DNA from: Spirochaetales bacterium
GTDB lineage: Bacteria > Spirochaetota > Spirochaetia > JABEVK01
DNA length: 64,000 nt
Direction of reading: 5' to 3'
Assembly (NCBI GenBank): GCA_037142615.1
Contig: JBAXAI010000002.1
Coordinates: 64,001-128,000 of the forward strand
In this document: positions 56,611 to 64,000 of the stretch, piece by piece
Layout: the number at the start of each line of letters is the position of its first letter
Position numbering within the stretch: the first letter of the stretch is position 1
The notes under the pieces: model-generated
What the model was told of the DNA's origin: nothing
The model's input: only the letters and a program-made list of their open reading frames with translations
The model's database searches: none
Made by a program: the position numbers and the translations under genes

Positions 56611-59600
56611 ATGGCCCGCAAACTCTTTCGCGTGTTCCTGAGTTCCACGTTTGGCGATTTTCAGGAAGAGAGAGAGCTCCTGAGGCGTGAAGTTTGGCCC
56701 CGCCTGGAACAACTTTGTGCCGAGCGTGGCGCCGCGTTTCACGTCGTCGACCTCCGGTGGGGCATTGGCCCGCAGGTCGCCGCAGCTCAGGAGACCCTGC
56801 AGGTTTGCCTCGACGAAATCGCAAGGTGTCAAAACCTCTCACCCCGGCCCAAGCCAAACTTTCTGCTTCTCATCGGCGATCGTTATGGCTGGAGGCCACC
56901 GGCTCCCCTCATCCCTTCGGAAGACTGGCATAGGATCCAAGCGTGGGCGAGCTCTGAAGACCAACAACAACTGGCACGCTGGTACCGGGAGGACACGAAC
57001 GCCCAGCCATCGCTGTGGTGTCTCCGGGCTCGCACCGGGGAGTTTCTACGGCTCGAGCGATGGGCCACCGAAGAACAGGGGTTGACCTCGGTCCTGCATC
57101 GCGCGGCGGCGGAACTTGGCCTGTCGCCGGACCGTTTCTTGTATTCGGCAACCCACCAGGAGGTTTTCCGTGGCTTGCTCACCGTGCAGCCGGTTCCCGA
57201 GTACATCGAGGCCGTGCTCCGAGGCATCTCCGGGCTTCCGGCAACGGCTCCGGAAGGGCAGAACCGGCGCTTTTCTGACTACCTTGCCGGCGGTGGACTT
57301 GATCCCGAGTCCCAGGAGCTCCTGGGTCAGTTGCGAGGGCAAATCCGCGAGGTGCTGCCAGCCGCCCAGGTACACGAGTTCCAGGCCGAGTGGGCCGGGG
57401 CAGTAAAACAGCCGATCACCCTGGGCCATTTGCAGCCCTTGGCAACAGTGGTGGAGGCTCGGCTCGAGGCCCGCGTACGGAAGGAACTGGAGTCGCTCGA
57501 GGAACTGACACCTTTTCAGGAGGACCGCCTGCTTCAGCAGGAGTTTGCGCGCGAAACCGGTGGACACCTTGTCGGGCGCGAAGCAGAACTGGCTCAATTG
57601 CGCGAATACCTCGAAGGGGCGCCGCACGGCCAACCTCTGATCGTGAGGGCCAACGGCGGCGCAGGCAAGTCGGCGCTCTTAGCTTCGCTGGCTCTGGAGT
57701 CTGGCGCCGTTTCGCGCTTTGTTGGGGCCTCCCCGCGCTCCTGGCACCCGTCCACCTTTCTGGAGGACCTGCTGGAAGAGCTTTCGGTGTTGCCCGGAAG
57801 CCCCGCATCCCCGCCTGCAGGAGCCTCGCTCGAGGTCTTGGGTGCGAGGGTTGCCTCGCTGCTTGCTTTGGCGACGCCTGAGTTCCCCGTGAAGCTGGTC
57901 ATCGACGCCCTGGACCAGTTTTCCAGCACCGTTGCCGTCGATTTCAGCGTGCTTTTTCCGTCGCCGTTGCCACCCCATGTGCGGCTCGTTGTGTCGGTTC
58001 TCGAGGGGGCCGCAGCAGACCGGCTTTCGAAGTACTATCCGCAGGCCGACACCCTGCAGTTGGGACCCCTGAACTTAGCGGCTCGTCGGTCGATGCTCAA
58101 GGGATTTCTCGGTAGTCGGCGCCTGACCGAAGCCCAGATCGCGAAGCTGCTCGGCGTGACGGACGAGCAGGGAAGTCCGCTGTGGTTGGCGCTCGCGGCG
58201 CCTTTGGCGAAGCGGCTGGCGTCGTGGGACCCGCCCTTGGAACTCCCGCAGCAAATCCTGCCGCTGGTTCGGCACGTTATCCGCGATCTTGCCCACCGAC
58301 ACGGTGAGGTGCTGGTTCGTAGTTCACTTTCTTACCTGGTGCTCGCTCGTTTCGGCCTGTCCGAAACAGAGTTGCAAGCTCTGCTCTGGGCCGATCCGGA
58401 CGTGCAGCTTGAGTTTCAGGCCAATCGGAACCAGGACCAACCCGATGTCGATTCGCTCCCACCCATCTTCTGGTCGAGGCTCTATGGCGAACTCGACCCG
58501 TGGATCAACGAGTACTGGATGGACGGCCAGTTGCTGCACCGGTATTTTCACCGGGTGTTTGGTGAGGTTGCCGACGAACTCGCCTGGGCAAACCGGGAGG
58601 TTCTTCACGGTCGTCTGGCGGACTGGTTTGGGAGGCAACCTTTGGCCTACGAGGGAACTCCGAACGGACGCCGTCTCATGGAGCAACCTTGGCACCTTGC
58701 GCGGGCAGGGCGACAGGAAGAAGCCAGGCGTCTGGCCACCGACTTCTCCTTCGCGATGGCCAAGTGCGAGCTGGGCCGGTCAGACGACTGGGTAGAAGAC
58801 TTTCAACGCTGCGACGGCGCCGAAGCGTCGCCAGAGTTCCAGCTTTGGCAGAGTTTTGCCCGCAGCAAAGCGCACCTGTTGCGGCGTGGAACCAAGGACT
58901 GGCCAAGTCACAAAACCCTTCTGCAGCTCGCGTCGGAATCCGCCGACGACAGTCCAGTAACGGCGGCTGCCGAAGCCTGGCTCCTGCTGGGTCAGGCCGA
59001 CTGGCTTTGGTTCCGTCGGCGACAGCGCGTGGCTCACGCGGGTATCAGCAATTTGCTCGAAGTGCTCGAGGGACACTCTGCCGAGGTCGGGGGAGCCCTC
59101 GCGGGGCCCGGCAGTCTGCTCACCTGGTCGAAAGACGGAACGTTAGGCCTTTGGTCTGGTAGCGTCCGCAAGGCGCTGCGGGGGCACAGCAAGGCGGTCA
59201 ACGGTGCGCTCTGGTTAGCCGACGGGCGGATTCTGTCGTGGTCCGACGATCACGAGTTGAGGCTTTGGACCTCCGACGGAGACCCTTGCGGCGTGCTGCA
59301 GGGACACTCCAGGAGCGTGACCGGCGCCTTTCAGCAGCCCGGGGGGAGTATCGTGTCGTGGTCGGCCGACAACACGCTCAGGCGCTGGAGTCCTTCGGGC
59401 GAACTTTTGGACCTTCTCGACGGACACAAACCTTCGGTCGAAGGTACCCGCGCCGTTGCCTCACCCGACGGGCGCTTTGTGTCTTGGTGCCAGTACTACC
59501 GGGGGTGGGAGGGCGACAACTCACCGAGGTTGTGGAGCGCCGAAGGTCAGTTGCTGGCGGTCCTCGAAGGGCATTCCGACATGGTTGAGGGCGCCCTTTG

Positions 59601-61431
59601 GCGTTCGGGCGGGGGGCTTGTCACTTGGTCACGCGACGGTACCCTGAGGCTTTGGAGCGGCGAAGGGAGTCAGGGTTTGGTGCTGGACGCGCACGATGAC
59701 GAGGTGCTGTCTGTGTCGGAACTGTCGTCCGGGGGCTTGCTATCGGTCCATCGGGGGCACGGGGCTCACTTGTGGACCAGCGAAGGTCGGCACCTAGCGC
59801 TGCTCAAAGGTCACGAAAGTACCCCCACGGGTGCAACGGAACTGGCAAGTGGCAGGCTCCTGACCTGGGGGTGGGACGCGACCCTTCGCTTGTGGAGCTC
59901 CGAGGGGCTTCCATTGGCCGTGCTACGTGGCCACAGCGGCAAAGTCAATGGCGCGCTGGAACAGCCTGAGGGCACCTTGCTCTCGTGGTCGGTGGACGGT
60001 AGTTTGCGGGTCTGGACTCCCGAGGGCGAGCCCCTCGCTGAGTTGGTGGGGCACTCCGGGGCGGTGACCGGTAGCCTGTTGACCCAAGCGGGCCCGCTCA
60101 GTTGGTCCAAAGACGGCACCTTGCGAAGTTGGCGAAGACACGTTGTCCCCGAGGAGTTCCTCGCCAGGCACGCAGGTCCTTTCGCCCAACTTGAGCGTAC
60201 TGTGGCCAGAGGGTGGCTTTCGCGTTCCGGGGATGAGCCGAGTTTGAGGTTATGGGCCCCGGACGGCCGTTTCCAGGTGTTACTTTCAGGCCACACCCGG
60301 CGGGTTCTGGGGTTCCGTCAGCTAAGCAACGGAAACGTCCTCAGTTGGTCCGCTGACTCGAACTTGCGACTTTGGTCCTCCGAAGGCGAAGAGCTCGCCG
60401 TGCTCGCCGGCCATGGCAGTTGGGTCCAGGAAGCCCAAGAACTCGATGCGGGGCGCATCCTTTCGCGAGGCGACGACGGCAAGCTCATTTTCTGGTCGCC
60501 CGAGGGGGAAAAGCTGCGTTCGATCGAGGCGCATTCCAGATCGGTCGATGGCTTCCAAGTCTTCCCAACTACCTTGCTTTCGTGGGGGCACGAGGGGGAT
60601 CTGGCCCTTTGGACCCCCACTGGCGAACTTGTGGCGCGTCTTCGGGGTCACACCAGTTGGGTGATCGGGACCACACGACTCGAAGGGGAGCGGATCCTTT
60701 CCTGGTCCGCCGATGGGACGCTCCGCCTTTGGTCTGCCCGGGGCGAGGCCCTTGCGGTGCTGCAGGGTCACGAAAGTTGGGTGACCGGAGCCGTGCTGTC
60801 GCCGGACGGCGAGATCCTGTCGTGGTCGCAAGACAAGACTGCCCGCGTGTGGAACTCGCAGGGAGCTGCCCTTGTTGTTCTTGAGGGACACACGGCTTCG
60901 CTCAGCGGTGCTTTTTGGCGCAAGGACGGGTCGATTGCCACGTGGAGCAACGACAAGACCGTCCGGCTCTGGAACCGCCAAGGTGACTGCACGGCAAGGC
61001 TCAAGCACGGGCAATCCATTCGAGGTGTGATCGAACGAAACGATGGATCCTTGCTCTCGTATTCTGCGGGAATCTGCCGCTACTGGAAGCCCGACGGGAC
61101 TGCGGTTGCATCCGGACCGTTCAGTGAGGCCAAGCGGTACTTCCGTGAGCTACTGCCTACGAGTGTCCGCAACGGTTTCTTCGCCCTCAGCGGAGAAGGC
61201 AAGTCTGTCGTGTTGCTGGACCGCAAAGACCGGGTCGCAACCCGCTGGCATGGCGAGGCCGAGTGCGCGACCGAAGCGTTCCTGGCGTTGGACTACGGCA
61301 AAACTGCCCGGCTGGACCTAGGTCAGCTCTCAGACAACGCAGAGGCCGTGTTCACCCAAGAGGATGGTCAACTGATCACGCTGGACCTCTACCGAGGGGC
61401 CAACCCCGTTCGTCTTGAAGCGCTGGACTGA
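56611..61431 (+). CDS. DUF4062 + NACHT/STAND NTPase + WD40 repeats (TEP1/NWD-like)
   Basis: RVFLSSTF..DLRWG..DRYGW; ANGGAGKS; VIDALDQ; about 17 GH...SWS.D..LRLW repeats. Confidence 0.88.
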   Translation: MARKLFRVFLSSTFGDFQEERELLRREVWPRLEQLCAERGAAFHVVDLRWGIGPQVAAAQETLQVCLDEIARCQNLSPRPKPNFLLLIGDRYGWRPPAPLIPSEDWHRIQAWASSEDQQQLARWYREDTNAQPSLWCLRARTGEFLRLERWATEEQGLTSVLHRAAAELGLSPDRFLYSATHQEVFRGLLTVQPVPEYIEAVLRGISGLPATAPEGQNRRFSDYLAGGGLDPESQELLGQLRGQIREVLPAAQVHEFQAEWAGAVKQPITLGHLQPLATVVEARLEARVRKELESLEELTPFQEDRLLQQEFARETGGHLVGREAELAQLREYLEGAPHGQPLIVRANGGAGKSALLASLALESGAVSRFVGASPRSWHPSTFLEDLLEELSVLPGSPASPPAGASLEVLGARVASLLALATPEFPVKLVIDALDQFSSTVAVDFSVLFPSPLPPHVRLVVSVLEGAAADRLSKYYPQADTLQLGPLNLAARRSMLKGFLGSRRLTEAQIAKLLGVTDEQGSPLWLALAAPLAKRLASWDPPLELPQQILPLVRHVIRDLAHRHGEVLVRSSLSYLVLARFGLSETELQALLWADPDVQLEFQANRNQDQPDVDSLPPIFWSRLYGELDPWINEYWMDGQLLHRYFHRVFGEVADELAWANREVLHGRLADWFGRQPLAYEGTPNGRRLMEQPWHLARAGRQEEARRLATDFSFAMAKCELGRSDDWVEDFQRCDGAEASPEFQLWQSFARSKAHLLRRGTKDWPSHKTLLQLASESADDSPVTAAAEAWLLLGQADWLWFRRRQRVAHAGISNLLEVLEGHSAEVGGALAGPGSLLTWSKDGTLGLWSGSVRKALRGHSKAVNGALWLADGRILSWSDDHELRLWTSDGDPCGVLQGHSRSVTGAFQQPGGSIVSWSADNTLRRWSPSGELLDLLDGHKPSVEGTRAVASPDGRFVSWCQYYRGWEGDNSPRLWSAEGQLLAVLEGHSDMVEGALWRSGGGLVTWSRDGTLRLWSGEGSQGLVLDAHDDEVLSVSELSSGGLLSVHRGHGAHLWTSEGRHLALLKGHESTPTGATELASGRLLTWGWDATLRLWSSEGLPLAVLRGHSGKVNGALEQPEGTLLSWSVDGSLRVWTPEGEPLAELVGHSGAVTGSLLTQAGPLSWSKDGTLRSWRRHVVPEEFLARHAGPFAQLERTVARGWLSRSGDEPSLRLWAPDGRFQVLLSGHTRRVLGFRQLSNGNVLSWSADSNLRLWSSEGEELAVLAGHGSWVQEAQELDAGRILSRGDDGKLIFWSPEGEKLRSIEAHSRSVDGFQVFPTTLLSWGHEGDLALWTPTGELVARLRGHTSWVIGTTRLEGERILSWSADGTLRLWSARGEALAVLQGHESWVTGAVLSPDGEILSWSQDKTARVWNSQGAALVVLEGHTASLSGAFWRKDGSIATWSNDKTVRLWNRQGDCTARLKHGQSIRGVIERNDGSLLSYSAGICRYWKPDGTAVASGPFSEAKRYFRELLPTSVRNGFFALSGEGKSVVLLDRKDRVATRWHGEAECATEAFLALDYGKTARLDLGQLSDNAEAVFTQEDGQLITLDLYRGANPVRLEALD
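59060..61100 (+). repeat. WD40 coding repeat array, about 17 units of ~41 aa
   Basis: LxGHxxxV...SWSxDxTLRLW periodicity. Confidence 0.85.
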
Positions 61432-61477
61432 AACCATCTTGCCACGGCAGCCCCTTTCAGGGTAGTTTGCTCGGGTC

Positions 61478-61550
61478 GGGGATTTAGCTCAGTTGGTAGA
61501 GCGATTGGTTCGCAATCAATAGGTCAGGGGTTCGATTCCCCTAATCTCCA
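61478..61550 (+). tRNA. tRNA-Ala(CGC), CCA not encoded
   Basis: Acceptor stem GGGGATT/AATCTCC with G3:U70; anticodon arm ATTGG-TTCGCAA-TCAAT; T-loop TTCGATT. Confidence 0.95.
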
Positions 61551-61552
61551 TT

Positions 61553-61586
61553 AAGGAAATGCTCCTGGCGGGTGTTTCCTTTTTTT
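61553..61586 (+). terminator. Intrinsic terminator after the tRNA
   Basis: AAGGAAATGCTC / GGGTGTTTCCTT stem (with G-U pairs) followed by a T-run. Confidence 0.75.
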
Positions 61587-61589
61587 GTG

Positions 61590-62552
61590 CTACGACAAGC
61601 TTGCCTTGTTCCACAGCTCACCAAGGAACTCCTGCCACGGAAGAATCTCGATGCCATCCTTTGTGAGCCGGGCTGTTGCTTCCCGGCAGACGACCACGTA
61701 GCGTGCCAGCAGCCCTTCTTCCTTGAGAGCCCTCAGTCCCCGCAGGTCACGGTCGTCGACCCGAACCGTTGCCTTTACTTCGAGGGCTGTGTGGTTGGCC
61801 AGGATGAAATCCACCTCGAAACCGCTGGTCGAGCGCCAGTAGTTGAGCGCGGAGCGCGGTGAGCGGTAGTCCCTCCAGGCGGCAAGTTCCATGTACACGA
61901 AGTGCTCAAAGAACGGCCCGAAGTCCGCCGACCCCCCGGTCACTACCGGGAAGCCACGCAAGGCACGGACCACTCCGAGGTCGAAGAGGTAGAACTTGGC
62001 GCGTTCGATGGCATTGCGTTTCACGGTCTTGGTCCACGCCTGAACCTGCTCGCCAAGGAGCGTCTCCTCGAGAATGTTGAACCACGACAGAACGGTCTGA
62101 CGAGCCAAGCCGGCGTCGGAAGCGACGGCGGCGAAGACAACCTCTTGCGCATTGCAGACCGTGGCCGCCGTCAGGAACCTCGAGAAGTCCGGTATGTTCC
62201 TTGCCAACCCTTCGGCGGCGATCTCCTCTGTCAGGTAGCGTCCAACGTAGGAGTCCAGCGCATCCTCGGGGTCTTCGGCTAGGTAGTGCGACGGAATCAG
62301 ACCCCTCCGGAAAGCCCGCAACAGGTCAAACTCTGGGCCGAGTTCGTGCCAGGTCAGGGGGCGCATCACCCGGTCCCGACCGCGACCGCCGAGCGGGCCT
62401 TGATCGAGAAGGTTGTAGGTTCGGTCGACGATTTCACCGAGTTGCTGGTGAACGTAGGAGGACTTTCCGGTCTGTCGGGGACCGAAGAGAAAGACCGTGT
62501 TCTTCTCCAAGAGGGGGGCGAGGTCGAGGGCGCGGGAGACATAGCCGTCCAT
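61590..62552 (-). pseudogene. AAA_14 + DUF4143 ATPase with in-frame internal deletion
   Basis: GPRQTGKS, KFYLFDLGV, FEHFV, YWR..EVDF..EVK are present; the Walker B DE(I/V)Q and TGSS segment is absent. Confidence 0.7.
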
Positions 62553-62622
62553 GAGGAATGCCTCCTGTTATGGCATCTATCATGACAAACGCCATCTTAC
62601 CTAGCGGCTATCGCCAAAATCT

Positions 62623-63345
62623 CTACAAAAACTTAGTCGCCATCAGCGCCTTGCCGGTGGCCAACCACAGGCCCGAGTCGGCCAGCAGCAGGGCCCCCAT
62701 CCCCGAAAGCATCACAATCGTGATCAACACATTCAGGCGCTGGGTGTGCAGGTGCAATTGCGGCAGCACCGACTCCCTGAGCACCACAAACAGCCCGAAG
62801 GGCACCAAGAGCGGCACCGCGTACATCAGGTTGTAGAGCGCGACAAACGCGGCCCCGAGCGGCCAGGCCAGCCCCGCTGCGGCGATCTTTTCGATGGCGG
62901 CCACGTAGGGCAGGGCGGCAGGAAAACTCGTGGCCGAAAGGACGGCCCCGAACGCCAACGCCCCGCCAAAGTTCAACCGCTTGGCCAAAAGGATCAGGGC
63001 ATTGTTCAGCGGGGGCCGCTTCGAACGGCTGCGGTACAGCCAGTAAATCGGCCCCGCCACCAGGAGGACCAGGCCGAGCAGTCCCTGAGTCTGGTAGTAG
63101 GTGGTGTCGGTCAGCCGGTCGAGGTTGGGCACAAACAACCTGACCAGGTCGTTCAGGTTGCCCACAAAAGCCAGTCCCAGAAGTCCGCACACGAAGTACG
63201 CCCCGCACACGCCCAACAGGTAGCCCACCGACGTCCGGATGGGCTTTTCGGTGCTGAACAGCAGGATGAGGAAGATGATCTGAACGGTGGTGGCCACGCT
63301 GTCGAACAGCGCCGAGCCCGAAACAAACAGGGTCAGGTCAAGCAT
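62623..63345 (-). CDS. GAP/Sap-like (LysE-fold) membrane protein
   Basis: About 6 TM segments; ALFDS, ALPYVAAI, LYNLMYAVP. Confidence 0.65.
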   Translation of the reverse strand: MLDLTLFVSGSALFDSVATTVQIIFLILLFSTEKPIRTSVGYLLGVCGAYFVCGLLGLAFVGNLNDLVRLFVPNLDRLTDTTYYQTQGLLGLVLLVAGPIYWLYRSRSKRPPLNNALILLAKRLNFGGALAFGAVLSATSFPAALPYVAAIEKIAAAGLAWPLGAAFVALYNLMYAVPLLVPFGLFVVLRESVLPQLHLHTQRLNVLITIVMLSGMGALLLADSGLWLATGKALMATKFL

Positions 63346-63369
63346 GCCGCATTGTAGCGGATTTCGACC

Positions 63370-64000
63370 TCAAGGCCAAACGAAGCGCAGACCCACCAGC
63401 GCCAGCAAGCCCCCCAACAACCTCAAGATGGCCTGAGAACTCCACACGGCACCCAGCCGGGTCCCCCAGGGTGACCCAAAGAGCACGCCGGCAATCAGCC
63501 CCGACACGAGCTGCGGATCCACAGGCAGCGGGTGCGCAAGCGCGTTGGTCGCCAGCGCCCACGCGGCGCCCATCCCGACGATCAGCTGACTGGTCGCGGT
63601 GGCCTCGGCCAGCGGAAAGCGCAGCACAAAGGCCAGCAGCGGCACGAACAAGAAGCCTCCGCCAACGCCAAAAAACCCCGACAGCAGTCCGATGCCCAGG
63701 CTGATGGCCGCACCGCCGAGCCACACCGGTTGGCTGGCCTTGCCCGCCGGCGCCGTTCCCGGGCGAAGCGCCAGAAAGACCGCCCCAGCCAACAGAAACA
63801 TACCGAACGCGCTCAGGAAGGCCTCCCTCGGCACGAGCCCCTGCCACTGCGTGCCTACCCACACCAGCGGCAACGACACCAGCCCGTAGACCACTCCGGT
63901 CCGGAAGCGGACCCTCTCCTGCCTGGCCGACAAAATGGTGCCCGAAAGGGCGTTGAAGAACACGACCAGCAAAGTGACCAGCGACAGGCTGCCCGCAGGC
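63370..64000 (-). CDS. TauE/SafE (TSUP) family transporter (5' end beyond window)
   Basis: GLLSGFFGVGGGFLFVP, ATATS; frame open to the right edge. Confidence 0.85.
   Translation of the reverse strand, partial: PAGSLSLVTLLVVFFNALSGTILSARQERVRFRTGVVYGLVSLPLVWVGTQWQGLVPREAFLSAFGMFLLAGAVFLALRPGTAPAGKASQPVWLGGAAISLGIGLLSGFFGVGGGFLFVPLLAFVLRFPLAEATATSQLIVGMGAAWALATNALAHPLPVDPQLVSGLIAGVLFGSPWGTRLGAVWSSQAILRLLGGLLALVGLRFVWP

Noticed and set aside
55525-61100. CRISPR array
   Set aside because: The periodicity is protein-coding (TPR and WD40); no identical repeats with unique spacers and no cas genes
61478-61550. tRNA-Ala as the integration site of the conflict island
   Set aside because: The island lies 5' of the tRNA, there is no integrase, and I found no duplicated tRNA end near 28.1 kb

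Overview
GC-rich bacterial window with three blocks; some families suggest a free-living spirochaete-like host (inference only). Block 1 (1-9.3 kb) is housekeeping: a hexose-phosphate cluster (PMI, ROK kinase, cupin PGI, GntR), a CIA30 lipoprotein and a MacAB-TolC-type exporter. Block 2 (9.8-28 kb) is a near self-contained nitrate-respiration island: narK2/narK1, a Crp/Fnr regulator with three candidate boxes, moaACDE, mobBA, moeA, moeB, modABC, mop and narGHJI. Block 3 (28.1-61.4 kb) is a ~33 kb conflict/defence-like region with four parts. (a) A SARM1-like TIR fused to an apparently permuted DHH/MYG1-like domain, paired with a SLOG+2xSLATT membrane protein. (b) A LysA-like / DUF4145-FGE / GNAT trio. 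(c) A tightly coupled six-gene operon: membrane vWA, tubulin/FtsZ-like GTPase, degenerate tubulin paralogue with ankyrin insert, membrane pseudo-helicase, Zn-finger protein, and a possible third tubulin-like relic. (d) A divergent operon: caspase, AAA+, and two NPHP3/TEP1-like NACHT proteins. The window ends with tRNA-Ala(CGC), an internally deleted AAA_14/DUF4143 ATPase and two membrane proteins. The best candidates for an undescribed system are the tubulin-like operon and the TIR/SLOG-SLATT pair. All family calls come from motif recognition by eye; no searches were run.
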